A stretch of DNA of 64,000 nt from the NCBI GenBank assembly GCA_032718475.1, contig JAUCBJ010007728.1, positions 62,001 to 126,000 on the forward strand, written 5' to 3'. The translations under genes and the position numbers were made by a program. Below, one piece after another: positions 1 through 14,700 of the stretch (position 1 is its first letter; the number at the start of each line of letters is the position of its first letter). Source of the DNA: Nemertoderma westbladi. Taxonomy: Eukaryota; Animalia; Xenacoelomorpha. Under the pieces are notes generated by a model, which worked only from the letters and a program-made list of their open reading frames with translations, made no database searches and was not told the origin of the DNA.

Positions 1-1295
1 GCTCAGCTGGTACTTCAGTTCATCTGTCTCTCTGTTCCACACGATTCCCAGTGCCTTCTGTTGAGATTCTGTCCTCTTGTTCGCCATGTCCTGCCCTTTG
101 GCCGTTGTGGGATTATCCATAGTCGATTCTGGTCTCTCGTCCCCTATCGCCTTGATAAATTCCTCCGAACTGGATTGGAATTTGGTCAGGTTAAAGCCGG
201 ATCCTTTTAGGATGTCGCGAACCTCGCGCCCTGTGTCCAGTATCTCCTTAACCGTATTTCCAGACACCATTCCGTTGTCTACGTAGAAGCCGCGTCGAAT
301 CATATCAACGGCCCTAGTGCTGTATCTATCCTCCTTCCCCTTCACTGTATCTCTTACTGCCATAGTCGTCGTAAATGAAGACGACTTGGCTACCATGTTC
401 TCTACTACCATCTTGTACGTCGGTATTATCGACAGTTCTTCGTCGCCGTTATACCACAAGAAGCATTGACTGTCGCTATCTTCCTCCGTTACACGGACTT
501 GGTTGAACATGCCTTCTATGTCACACGTGAAGGCGTGTTTCCCATTTCTAAATCTAAGTAGGACCTCTATCCCTGAGTTGTATATGTTGGGACCTTCTAG
601 TAGATAGTCGTTTAATCATTTTCCGTTGGTCTTTGCCGATGCGTCAACTACCATCCGGAGTTTACCTTTCTTTGGGTCTAAAGCCACGTGGAGTGGCAGG
701 TAATATGTCCTGTCTGTGTTTGGCTCGTCGACCGGTAACTCCACGGCCCATCCTTTCTCGACGTACTTCTTAATCGTTCTGTGGATGTACTCATTCTTCT
801 CGGGGCTCCGTTTTAGTGTCTGCTTCAGCTTGCGGAGCCTCGTGAGTACCATCCCTCTATTATCGGGCAGTGGTAGCTTCGGTATCTTCCATACCATTCC
901 TATGGTGTACCGCCCCTCATCGCATTTCATAGACTCCTCTACGCTCTGCTGAGCCTGTTTGTCTTCCACAGAGGTCCCGACCCCGGTCTCCTTTAATCCT
1001 TCAAAATCCTGTCTGAGTAGTCTTTTAAGCTGCTCCTCTGCTCTCTCATCACTCATTTCCTGCATAGTTCCCGCGAACATGCATCCTGATGTCTCCGACA
1101 TCCTAAATGGTATCTTGCTCTTGATTGGGCCACTCAGCGTCCACCCGAATGGTGTCAGTATCGCCACCGGGTCACACTGCTTGTCTTCGCCGAAGACCGT
1201 TTGCATTCTTTCGTGGGCCGTTGGGCAGTCCATTCCTACTATGATGGATACCTTCCTAACGTCCACCTCTGGGATTGAGAAGTCGATATCATCCA
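1..1295 (-). pseudogene. pol: Truncated BEL/Pao LTR retrotransposon pol fragment (post-protease region and reverse transcriptase), running off the left edge
   Basis: ORF 616..1266 (TPFGWTLSGP, YYLPLH, KLRMVVDASAK) continues in frame past a TGA at 616-618 into LNDYLLEGPN..LLRFR..FTCDIEGMF..GFYVDN, all BEL/Pao RT motifs. No gag or LTR on the right side. Confidence 0.9.
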
Positions 1296-1380
1296 GAAAT
1301 TTATATTGTATTATATTACTGTTATACTTATTATATATACTTATATACTTATTATTGTATTGTATTATATATTTATATTA
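1296..1380. other. AT-rich low-complexity filler at the pol/satellite junction
   Basis: ~85 bp of patchwork TTATA/TTGTA words matching neither the pol frame nor the satellite consensus; boundaries approximate. Confidence 0.65.
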
Positions 1381-3607
1381 TCAGAATATCCTCTGTTTTT
1401 TTACAAAAACCATATCGATTTTCATATTTATAACTTCTAACCCACTCCAAGAGATAGAGAATCTTAAATGAAAGTCACAAGAACAGGTAACACTTACATT
1501 TATAGAAGTAATCAGCTGTTATTTGCTACGTCTTTCCGCTGAGGATGAATGAATTTTGATTGTGTCAGAACACCCCCTATCTGTGGTTGTATGAGTGGAG
1601 AGATAAGTAGCCTAACTCCCTATTAATATTGTTGTGTTCTAGAATATTTATTATTGTTTCATCGTATTGCTAAAGTGGCTGGAGCTAAAGTTATTATGTA
1701 ATGCAATAAATCACCTCAAATATCTCAGCTATTTCATGAACATAATGAAGTATTAAAGCCATGTCAAAATCATTGGTGTTTTTCTGCAATAATATATCAA
1801 AATATCCTCTGATTTTTTACAAAAACCATATCGATTTTCTTATTTATATCTTCTAACCCACCCCTCCACGAGATAGAGAATCTTAAATGAAAGTCAAAAG
1901 AACAGGTAACACTTACATTTATAGAAGTAATCACCTGTTATTTGCTACGTCTTTCCGCTGAAGATGAATGAATTTTGATTGTGTCAAAAACACCCCCTAT
2001 CTGTGGTTGTATGAGTGGAGAGATAAGTAGCCTATCTCCCTATTAATATTGTTGTGTTCTAGAATATTTTTTATAGTTTCATCGTATTGCCAAAGTGACT
2101 GGAGCTAAAGTTATTATGTAATGCAATAATTCACCTCAAATATCTCAGCTATTTCATGAACATAATGAAGTATTAAAGCCATGTCAAAATCCTTGGTGTT
2201 TTTCTGCAATAATTTATCAAAATATCCTCTGATTTTTTACAAAAACTATATCGATTTTCATATTTATAACTTCTATCCCACTCCACGAGATAGAGAATCT
2301 TAAATGAAAGTCACAAGAACAGGTAACACTTACATTTATAGAAGTAATCAGCTGTTATTTGCTACGTCTTTCTGCTGAGGATGAATGAATTTTGATTGTG
2401 TCAGAACACCCCCTATCTGTGGTTGTATGAGTGGAGAGATAAGTAGCCTAACTCCCTATTAATATTGTTGTATTCTAGAATATTAATTATTGTTTCATCG
2501 TATTGCTAAAGTGGCTGGAGCTAAAGTTATTATGTAATGCAATAAATCACCTCAAATATCTCAGCTATTTCATGAACATAATGAAGTATTAAAGCCATGT
2601 CAAAATCATTGGTGTTTTTCTGCAATAATTTAGCAAAATATCCTCTGATTTTTTACAAAAACCATATCGATATTCATATTTATAACTTTTATCCCACTCC
2701 ACGAGATAGAGAATCTTAAATGAATGTCAAAAGAACAGGTAACACTTACATTTATAGCAGTAATCAGCTGTTATTTGCTACGTCTTTCCGCTGAAGATGG
2801 ATGAATTTTGATTGCGTTGGAACACACCCTATCTGTGGCTGTCTGTGTGGAGAGATAAGTAGCCTATCTCCCTGTTAATATTGTTGTGTTCTAGAATATT
2901 TATTATGGTTTCATCGTATTGCCAAAGTGACTAGAGCTGAAGTTGACTCATAATACAACAATTCACCTCAAATATCTCAGCTATTTCATGAACATAATTA
3001 AGTATTAAAGCCATGTCGAAATCCTTGGTGTTTTTCTGCAATAATTTATCAAAATATCCTGTTTTTTTACAAAAAGCATATCGATTTTCATATTTATAAC
3101 TTCTATCCCACTCCACGAGATAGAGAATCTTAAATGAAGGTCAAAAGAACAGGTAACACTTACATTTATAGCAGTAATCAGCTGTTATATGCTACGTATT
3201 TCCGTTGGAGATGAATGAATTTTGATTGCGTTGGAACAACCCCTATGTGTGGCTGTCTGAGTGGAGCGATAAGTAGCCTATATTCTTGTTAATATTGTTG
3301 TGTTCTAGAATATTTATTATAGTTTCATCGTATTGCCAAAGTGACTAGAGCTGAAGTTTACTCATAATACAATAATTCACCTCAAATATCTCAGCTATTT
3401 CATGAACATAATGAAGTATTAAAGCCATCTCGAAATCCTTGGTGTTTTTCTGCAATAATTTATCAGAATATCCTCTGTTTTTTTACAAAAACCATATCGA
3501 TTTTCATATTTATAACTTCTAACCCACTCCAAGATATAGAGAATCTTAAATGAAAGTCACAAGAACAGGTAACACTTACATTTATAGAAGTAATCAGCTG
3601 TTATTTG

Positions 3608-3734
3608 GTATGGTATATTACATAATTATTGCTCATTGTAACTGTGTAATGGAGTTGTTACCATCTGTACTGCATGCAATATGCTATTGATCATTTAGTG
3701 TGTTTTTGCGAAAATATATTACCATTAATAAAAA
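3608..3734 (+). mobile_element. 127-bp retroposed insertion (likely 3' end of a non-LTR element), copy 1
   Basis: Flanked by an 8-bp duplication GTTATTTG (3600-3607, 3735-3742); ends in ATTAATAAAAA. Confidence 0.75.
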
Positions 3735-5404
3735 GTTATTTGCTACGTCTTTCCGCTGAGGATGAATGAATTTTGATTGTGTCAGAACACCCCCTATCTG
3801 TGGTTGTATGAGTGGAGAGATAAGTAGCCTAACTCCCTATTAATATTGTTGTGTTCTAGAATATTTATTATTGTTTCATCGTATTGCTAAAGTGGCTGGA
3901 GCTAAAGTTATTATGTAATGCAATAAATCACCTCAAATATCTCAGCTATTTCATGAACATAATGAAGTATTAAAGCCATGTCAAAATCCTTGGTGTTTTT
4001 CTGCAATAATTTATCAAAATATCCTCTGATTTTTTACAAAAACTATATCGATTTTCATATTTATAACTTCTATCCCACTCCACGAGATAGAGAATCTTAA
4101 ATGAAAGTCACAAGAACAGGTAACACTTACATTTATAGAAGTAATCAGCTGTTATTTGCTACGTCTTTCCGCTGAGGATGAATGAATTTTGATTGTGTCA
4201 GAACACCCCCTATCTGTGGTTGTATGAGTGGAGAGATAAGTAGCCTAACTCCCTATTAATATTGTTGTATTCTAGAATATTAATTATTGTTTCATCGTAT
4301 TGCTAAAGTGGCTGGAGCTAAAGTTATTATGTAATGCAATAAATCACCTCAAATATCTCAGCTATTTCATGAACATAATGAAGTATTAAAGCCATGTCAA
4401 AATCATTGGTGTTTTTCTGCAATAATTTAGCAAAATATCCTCTGATTTTTTACAAAAACCATATCGATATTCATATTTATAACTTCTATCCCACTCCACG
4501 AGATAGAGAATCTTAAATGAATGTCAAAAGAACAGGTAACACTTACATTTATAGCAGTAATCAGCTGTTATTTGCTACGTCTTTCCGCTGAAGATGGATG
4601 AATTTTGATTGCGTTGGAACACACCCTATCTGTGGCTGTCTGTGTGGAGAGATAAGTAGCCTATCTCCCTGTTAATATTGTTGTGTTCTAGAATATTTAT
4701 TATGGTTTCATCGTATTGCCAAAGTGACTAGAGCTGAAGTTGACTCATAATACAACAATTCACCTCAAATATCTCAGCTATTTCATGAACATAATTAAGT
4801 ATTAAAGCCATGTCGAAATCCTTGGTGTTTTTCTGCAATAATTTATCAAAATATCCTGTTTTTTTACAAAAAGCATATCGATTTTCATATTTATAACTTC
4901 TATCCCACTCCACGAGATAGAGAATCTTAAATGAAGGTCAAAAGAACAGGTAACACTTACATTTATAGCAGTAATCAGCTGTTATATGCTACGTATTTCC
5001 GTTGGAGATGAATGAATTTTGATTGCGTTGGAACAACCCCTATGTGTGGCTGTCTGAGTGGAGCGATAAGTAGCCTATATTCTTGTTAATATTGTTGTGT
5101 TCTAGAATATTTATTATAGTTTCATCGTATTGCCAAAGTGACTAGAGCTGAAGTTGACTCATAATACAATAATTCACCTCAAATATCTCAGCTATTTCAT
5201 GAACATAATGAAGTATTAAAGCCATCTCGAAATCCTTGGTGTTTTTCTGCAATAATTTATCAGAATATCCTCTGTTTTTTTACAAAAACCATATCGATTT
5301 TCATATTTATAACTTCTAACCCACTCCAAGATATAGAGAATCTTAAATGAAAGTCACAAGAACAGGTAACACTTACATTTATAGAAGTAATCAGCTGTTA
5401 TTTG

Positions 5405-5531
5405 GTATGGTATATTACATAATTATTGCTCATTGTAACTGTGTAATGGAGTTGTTACCATCTGTACTGCATGCAATATGCTATTGATCATTTAGTGTGT
5501 TTTTGCGAAAATATATTACCATTAATAAAAA
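5405..5531 (+). mobile_element. Identical 127-bp insertion, copy 2, duplicated with the satellite (1797-bp offset)
   Basis: Same sequence, same GTTATTTG duplication (5397-5404, 5532-5539), same monomer position. Confidence 0.75.
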
Positions 5532-8500
5532 GTTATTTGCTACGTCTTTCCGCTGAGGATGAATGAATTTTGATTGTGTCAGAACACCCCCTATCTGTGG
5601 TTGTATGAGTGGAGAGATAAGTAGCCTAACTCCCTATTAATATTGTTGTGTTCTAGAATATTTATTATTGTTTCATCGTATTGCTAAAGTGGCTGGAGCT
5701 AAAGTTATTATGTAATGCAATAAATCACCTCAAATATCTCAGCTATTTCATGAACATAATGAAGTATTAAAGCCATGTCAAAATCATTGGTGTTTTTCTG
5801 CAATAATTTATCAAAATATCCTCTGATTTTTTACAAAAACCATATCGATTTTCATATTTATAACTTCTATCCCACTCCACGAGATAGAGAATCTTAAATG
5901 AATGTCAAAAGAACAGGTAACACTTACATTTATAGCAGTAATCAGCTGTTATTTGCTACGTCTTTCCGCTGAAGATGGATGAATTTTGATTGCGTTGGAA
6001 CACACCCTATCTGTGGCTGTCTGAGTGGAGAGATAAGTAGCCTATCTCCCTGTTAATATTGTTGTGTTCTAGAATATTTATTATGGTTTCATCGTATTGC
6101 CAAAGTGACTAGAGCTGAAGTTGACTCATAATACAACAATTCACCTCAAATATCTCAGCTATTTCATGAACATAATTAAGTATTAAAACCATGTCGAAAT
6201 CCTTGGTGTTTTTCTGCAATAATTTATCAAAATATCCTCTGTTTTTTTACAAAAAGCATATCGATTTTCATATTTATAACTTCCATCCCACTCCACGAGA
6301 TAGAGAATCTTAAATGAATGTCAAAAGAACAGGTAACACTTACATTTATAGCAGTAATCAGCTGTTATATGCTACGTATTTCCGTTGGAGATGAATGAAT
6401 TTTGATTGCGTTGGAACAACCCCTATGTGTGGCTGTCTGAGTGGAGCGATAAGTAGCCTATATTCTTGTTAATATTGTTGTGTTCTAGAATATTTATTAT
6501 AGTTTCATCGTATTGCCAAAGTGACTAGAGCTGAAGTTGACTCATAATACAATAATTCACCTCAAATATCTCAGCTATTTCATGAACATAATGAAGTAAA
6601 AGCCATCTCGAAATCCTTGGTGTTTTTCTGCAATAATTTATCAGAATATCCTCTGTTTTTTTACAAAAACCATATCGATTTTCATATTTATAACTTCTAA
6701 CCCACTCCAAGATATAGAGAATCTTAAATGAAAGTCACAAGAACAGGTAACACTTACATTTATAGAAGTAATCAGCTGTTATTTGCTACGTCTTTCCGCT
6801 GAGGATGAATGAATTTTGATTGTGTCAGAACACCCCCTATCTGTGGTTGTATGAGTGGAGAGATAAGTAGCCTAACTCCCTATTAATATTGTTGTGTTCT
6901 AGAATATTTATTATTGTTTCATCGTATTGCTAAAGTGGCTGGAGCTAAAGTTATTATGTAATGCAATAAATCACCTCAAATATCTCAGCTATTTCATGAA
7001 CATAATGAAGTATTAAAGCCATGTCAAAATCATTGGAGTTTTTCTGCAATAATATATCAAAATATCCTCTGATTTTTTACAAAAACCATCTCGATTTTCT
7101 TATTTATATCTTCTAACCCACCCCTCCACGAGATAGAGAATCTTAAATGAAAGTCAAAAGAACAGGTAACACTTACATTTATAGAAGTAATCACCTGTTA
7201 TTTGGTACGTCTTTCCGCTGAAGATGAATGAATTTTGATTGTGTCAAAAACACCCCCTATCTGTGGTTGTATGAGTGGAGAGATAAGTAGCCTATCTCCC
7301 TATTAATATTGTTGTGTTCTAGAATATTTTTTATAGTCTCATCGTATTGCCAAAGTGACTGGAGCTAAAGTTATTATGTAATGCAATAATTCACCTCAAA
7401 TATCTCAGCTATTTCATGAACATAATGAAGTATTAAAGCCATGTCAAAATCCTTGGTGTTTTTCTGCAATAATTTATCAAAATATCCTCTGATTTTTTAC
7501 AAAAACTATATCGATTTTCATATTTATAACTTCTATCCCACTCCACGAGATAGAGAATCTTAAATGAAAGTCACAAGAACAGGTAACACTTACATTTATA
7601 GAAGTAATCAGCTGTTATTTGCTACGTCTTTCCGCTGAGGATGAATGAATTTTGATTGTGTCAGAACACCCCCTATCTGTGGTTGTATGAGTGGAGAGAT
7701 AAGTAGCCTAACTCCCTATTAATATTGTTGTGTTCTAGAATATTTATTATTGTTTCATCGTATTGCTAAAGTGGCTGGAGCTAAAGTTAATATGTAATGC
7801 AATAAATCACCTCAAATATCTCAGCTATTTCATGAACATAATGAAGTATTAAAGCCATCTCGAAATCCTTGGTGTTTTTCTGCAATAATTTATCAGAATA
7901 TCCTCTGTTTTTTTACAAAAACCATATCGATTTTCATATTTATAACTTCTAACCCACTCCAAGAGATAGAGAATCTTAAATGAAAGTCAAAAGAACAGGT
8001 AACACTTACATTTATAGCAGTAATCAACTGTTATATGCTACGTATTTCCGCTGGAGATGAATGAATTTTGATTGCGTTGGAACAACCCCTATTTGTGGCT
8101 GTCTGAGTGGAGCGATAAGTAGCCTATCTCCTTGTTAATATTGTTGTGTTCTAGAATATTTATTATAGTTTCATCGTATTGCCAAAGTGACTAGAGCTGA
8201 AGTTGACTCATAATACAATAATTCACCTCAAATATCTCAGCTATTTCATGAACATAATGAAGTATTAAAGCCATCTCGAAATCCTTGGTGTTTTTCTGCA
8301 ATAATTTATCAGAATATCCTCTGTTTTTTTACAAAAACCATATCGATTTTCATATTTATAACTTCTAACCCACTCCAAGAGATAGAGAATCTTAAATGAA
8401 AGTCTCAAGAATAGGTAACACTTACATTTATAGAAGTAATCAGCTGTTATTTGCTACGTCTTTCCGCTGAGGATGAATGAATTTTGATTGTGTCAGAACA

Positions 8501-8700
8501 CCCCCTATCTGTGGTTGTATGAGTGGAGAGATAAGTAGCCTAACTCCCTATTAATATTGTTGTGTTCTAGAATATTTATTATTGTTTCATCGTATTGCTA
8601 AAGTGGCTGGAGCTAAAGTTATTATGTAATGTAATAAATCACCTCAAATATCTCAGCTATTTCATGAACATAATGAAGTATTAAAGCCATGTCAAAATCC

Positions 8701-11700
8701 TTGGTGTTTTTCTGCAATAATTTATCAAAATATCCTCTGATGTTTTTCAAAAACCATATCGATTTTCATATTTATAACTTCTATCACACTCCACGAGATA
8801 GAGAATCTTAAATGAACGTCAAAAGAACAGGTAACACTTACATTTATAGCAGGAATCAGCTGTTATATGCTACGTATTTCCGCTGGAGATGAATGAATTT
8901 TGATTGTATCAGAACACCCCTATCTGTGGTTGTATGAGTGGAGAGATAAGTATCCTATCTCCCTATTAATATTGTTTTGTTCTAGAATATTTATTATGGT
9001 TTCATCGTATTGTCAAAGTGACTGGAGTTGAAGTTAACTCATAATACAATAATTCACCTCAAATATCTCAGCTATTTCATGAACATAATGAAGTATTAAA
9101 GCCATGTCAAAATCCTTGGTGTTTTTCTGCAATAAATTATCAAAATATCCTCTATTTTTTTCCAAAAACCATATCGATTTTCTTATTTATAACTTCTAAC
9201 CCACTGATAGAGATAGAGAATCTTAAATGAAAGTCCCAAGAACAGGTAACACTTACATTTATAGAAGTAATCAGCTGTTATTAGCTACGTCTTTCCGCTG
9301 AAGATGAATGAATTTTGATTGTGTCAGAACACCCCCTATCTGTGGTTGTATGAGTGGAGAGATAGGTAGCCTATCTCCCTATTAATATTGTTGTGTTCTA
9401 GAATATTTTTTATAGTTTCATCGTATTGCCAAAGTGACTGGAGCTAAAGTTATTATGTAATGCAATAATTCACCTCAAATATCTCAGCTATTTCATGAAC
9501 ATAATGAAGTATGAAAGCCATGTCAAAATCCTTGGTGTTTTTCTGCAATAATTTATCAAAATATCCTCTGATTTTTTACAAAAACTATATCGATTTTCAT
9601 ATTTATAACTTCTATCCCACTCCACGAGATAGAGAATCTTAAATGAAAGTCACAAGAACAGGTAACACTTACATTTATAGAAGTAATCAGCTGTTATTTG
9701 CTACGTCTTTCCGCTGAGGATGAATGAATTTTGATTGTGTCAGAACACCCCCTATCTGTGGTTGTATGAGTGGAGAGATAAGTAACCTAACTCCCTATTA
9801 ATATTGTTGTGTTCTAGAATATTTATTATTGTTTCATCGTATTGCTAAAGTGGCTGGAGCTAAAGTTATTATGTAATGCAATAAATCACCTCAAATATCT
9901 CAGCTATTTCATGAACATAATGAAGTATTAAAGCCATGTCGAAATCCTTGGTGTTTTTCTGCAATAATTTATCAAAATATCCTATGTTTTTTTACAAAAA
10001 GCATATCGATTTTCATATTTATAACTTCTATCCCACTCCACGAGATAGAGAATCTTAAATTAATGTCAAAAGAACAGGTAACACTTACATTTATAGCAGT
10101 AATCAGCTGTTATATGCTACGTATTTCCGCTGGAGATGAATGAATTTTGATTGCGTTGGAACAACCCCTATCTGTGGCTGTCTGAGTGGAGCGATAAGTA
10201 GCCTATCTCCTTGTTAATATTGTTGTGTTCTAGAATATTTATTATAGTTTCATCGTATTGCCAAAGTGACTAGAGCTGAAGTTGACTCATAATACAATAA
10301 TTCACCTCAAATATCTCAGCTATTTCATGAACATAATGAAGTATTAAAGCCATCTCGAAATCCTTGGTGTTTTTCTGCAATAATTTATCAGAATATCCTC
10401 TGTTTTTTTACAAAAACCATATCGATTTTCATATTTATAACTTCTAACCCACTCCAAGAGATAGAGAATCTTAAATGAAAGTCACAAGAACAGGTAACAC
10501 TTACATTTATAGAAGTAATCAGCTGTTATTTGCTACGTCTTTCCGCTGAGGATGAATGAATTTTGATTGTGTCAGAACACCCCCTATCCGTGGTTGTATG
10601 AGTGGAGAGATAAGTAGCCTAACTCCCTATTAATATTGTTGTGTTCTAGAATATTTATTATTGTTTCATCGTATTGCTAAAGTGGCTGGAGCTAAAGTTA
10701 TTATGTAATGCAATAAATCACCTCAAATATCTCAGCTATTTCATGAACATAATGAAGTATTAAAGCCATGTCAAAATCATTGGTGTTTTTCTGCAATAAT
10801 ATATCAAAATATCCTCTGATTTTTTACAAAAACCATATCGATTTTCTTATTTATATCTTCTAACCCACCCCTCCACGAGATAGAGAATCTTAAATGAAAG
10901 TCAAAAGAACAGGTAACACTTACATTTATAGAAGTAATCACCTGTTATTTGCTACGTCTTTCCGCTGAAGATGAATGAATTTTGATTGTGTCAAAAACAC
11001 CCCCTATCTGTGGTTGTATGAGTGGAGAGATAAGTAGCCTATTTCCCTATTAATATTGTTGTGTTCTAGAATATTTTTTATAGTTTCATCGTATTGCCAA
11101 AGTGACTGGAGCTAAAGTTATTATGTAATGCAATAATTCACCTCAAATATCTCAGCTATTTCATGAACATAATGAAGTATTAAAGCCATGTCAAAATCCT
11201 TGGTGTTTTTCTGCAATAATTTATCAAAATATCCTCTGATTTTTTACAAAAACTATATCGATTTTCATATTTATAACTTCTATCCCACTCCACGAGATAG
11301 AGAATCTTAAATGAAAGTCACAAGAACAGGTAACACTTACATTTATAGAAGTAATCAGCTGTTATTTGCTACGTCTTTCCGCTGAAGATGGATGAATTTT
11401 GATTGCGTTGGAACACACCCTATCTGTGGCTGTCTGAGTGGAGAGATAAGTAGCCTATCTCCCTGTTAATATTGTTGTGTTCTAGAATATTTATTATGGT
11501 TTCATCGTATTGCCAAAGTGACTAGAGCTGAAGTTGACTCATAATACAACAATTCACCTCAAATATCTCAGCTATTTAATGAACATAATGAAGTATTAAA
11601 GCCATGTCAAAATCATTGGTGTTTTTCTGCAATAATTTATCAAAATATCCTCTGATTTTTTACAAAAACCATATCGATTTTCATATTTATAACTTCTATC

Positions 11701-14700
11701 CCACTCCACGAGATAGAGAATCTTAAATGAATGTCAAAAGAACAGGTAACACTTACATTTATAGCAGTAATCAGCTGTTATTTGCTACGTCTTTCCGCTG
11801 AAGATGGATGAATTTTGATTGCGTTGGAACACACCCTATCTGTGGCTGTCTGAGTGGAGAGATAAGTAGCCTATCTCCCTGTTAATATTGTTGTGTTCTA
11901 GAATATTTATTATGGTTTCATCGTATTGCCAAAGTGACTAGAGCTGAAGTTGACTCATAATACAACAATTCACCTCAAATATCTCAGCTATTTCATGAAC
12001 ATAATGAAGTATTAAAGCCATGTCGAAATCCTTGGTGTTTTTCTGCAATAATTTATCAAAATATCCTCTGTTTTTTTACAAAAAGCATATCGATTTTCAT
12101 ATTTATAACTTCTATCCCACTCCACGAGATAGAGAATCTTAAATGAATGTCAAAAGAACAGGTAACACTTACATTTATAGCAGTAATCAGCTGTTATATG
12201 CTACGTATTTCCGTTGGAGATGAATGAATTTTGATTGCGTTGGAACAACCCCTATCTGTGGCTGTCTGAGTGGAGCGATAAGTAGCCTATATCCTTGTTA
12301 ATATTGTTGTGTTCTAGAATATTTATTATAGTTTCATCGTATTGCCAAAGTGACTAGAGCTGAAGTTGACTCATAATACAATAATTCACCTCAAATATCT
12401 CAGCTATTTCATGAACATAATGAAGTATTAAAGCCATCTCGAAATCCTTGGTGTTTTTCTGCAATAATTTATCAGAATATCCTCTGTTTTTTTACAAAAA
12501 CCATATCGATTTTCATATTTATAACTTCTAACCCACTCCAAGAGATAGAGAATTTTAAATGAAAGTCACAAGAACAGGTAACACTTACATTTATAGAAGT
12601 AATCAGCTGTTATTTGCTACGTCTTTCCGCTGAGGATGAATGAATTTTGATTGTGTCAGAACACCCCCTATCTGTGGTTGTATGAGTGGAGAGATAAGTA
12701 GCCTAACTCCCTATTAATATTGTTGTGTTCTAGAATATTTATTATTGTTTCATCGTATTGCTAAAGTGGCTGGAGCTAAAGTTATTATGTAATGCAATAA
12801 ATCACCTCAAATATCTCAGCTATTTCATGAACATAATGAAGTATTAAAGCCATGTCAAAATCATTGGTGTTTTTCTGCAATAATTTATCAAAATATCCTC
12901 TGATGTTTTTCAAAAACCATATCGATTTTCATATTTATAACTTCTATCACACTCCACGAGATAGAGAATCTTAAATGAACGTCAAAAGAACAGGTAACAC
13001 TTACATTTATAGCAGGAATCAGCTGTTATATGCTACGTATTTCCGCTGGAGATGAATGAATTTTGATTGTATCAGAACACCCCTATCTGTGGTTGTATGA
13101 GTGGAGAGATAAGTATCCTATCTCCCTATTAATATTGTTTTGTTCTAGAATATTTATTATGGTTTCATCGTATTGTCAAAGTGACTGGAGTTGAAGTTAA
13201 CTCATAATACAATAATTCACCTCAAATATCTCAGCTATTTCATGAACATAATGAAGTATTAAAGCCATGTCAAAATCCTTGGTGTTTTTCTGCAATAAAT
13301 TATCAAAATATCCTCTATTTTTTTCCAAAAACCATATCGATTTTCTTATTTATAACTTCTAACCCACTGATAGAGATAGAGAATCTTAAATGAAAGTCCC
13401 AAGAACAGGTAACACTTACATTTATAGAAGTAATCAGCTGTTATTAGCTACGTCTTTCCGCTGAAGATGAATGAATTTTGATTGTGTCAGAACACCCCCT
13501 ATCTGTGGTTGTATGAGTGGAGAGATAGGTAGCCTATCTCCCTATTAATATTGTTGTGTTCTAGAATATTTTTTATAGTTTCATCGTATTGCCAAAGTGA
13601 CTGGAGCTAAAGTTATTATGTAATGCAATAATTCACCTCAAATATCTCAGCTATTTCATGAACATAATGAAGTATTAAAGCCATGTCAAAATCCTTGGTG
13701 TTTTTCTGCAATAATTTATCAAAATATCCTCTGATTTTTTACAAAAACTATATCGATTTTCATATTTATAACTTCTATCCCACTCCACGAGATAGAGAAT
13801 CTTAAATGAAAGTCACAAGAACAGGTAACACTTACATTTATAGAAGTAATCAGCTGTTATTTGCTACGTCTTTCCGCTGAGGATGAATGAATTTTGATTG
13901 TGTCAGAACACCCCCTATCTGTGGTTGTATGAGTGGAGAGATAAGTAACCTAACTCCCTATTAATATTGTTGTGTTCTAGAATATTTATTATTGTTTCAT
14001 CGTATTGCTAAAGTGGCTGGAGCTAAAGTTATTATGTAATGCAATAAATCACCTCAAATATCTCAGCTATTTCATGAACATAATGAAGTATTAAAGCCAT
14101 GTCGAAATCCTTGGTGTTTTTCTGCAATAATTTATCAAAATATCCTATGTTTTTTTACAAAAAGCATATCGATTTTCATATTTATAACTTCTATCCCACT
14201 CCACGAGATAGAGAATCTTAAATTAATGTCAAAAGAACAGGTAACACTTACATTTATAGCAGTAATCAGCTGTTATATGCTACGTATTTCCGCTGGAGAT
14301 GAATGAATTTTGATTGCGTTGGAACAACCCCTATCTGTGGCTGTCTGAGTGGAGCGATAAGTAGCCTATCTCCTTGTTAATATTGTTGTGTTCTAGAATA
14401 TTTATTATAGTTTCATCGTATTGCCAAAGTGACTAGAGCTGAAGTTGACTCATAATACAATAATTCACCTCAAATATCTCAGCTATTTCATGAACATAAT
14501 GAAGTATTAAAGCCATCTCGAAATCCTTGGTGTTTTTCTGCAATAATTTATCAGAATATCCTCTGTTTTTTTACAAAAACCATATCGATTTTCATATTTA
14601 TAACTTCTAACCCACTCCAAGAGATAGAGAATCTTAAATGAAAGTCACAAGAACAGGTAACACTTACATTTATAGAAGTAATCAGCTGTTATTTGCTACG

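Noticed and set aside
616-618. Programmed read-through TGA in the pol fragment
   Set aside because: Falls inside RT where Ser of SLN is expected; a simple TCA-to-TGA mutation explains it.
2931-6710. Repeated 61-aa ORFs (also 62943-63158, 17639-17827)
   Set aside because: Chance open frames in satellite monomers, absent from most copies.
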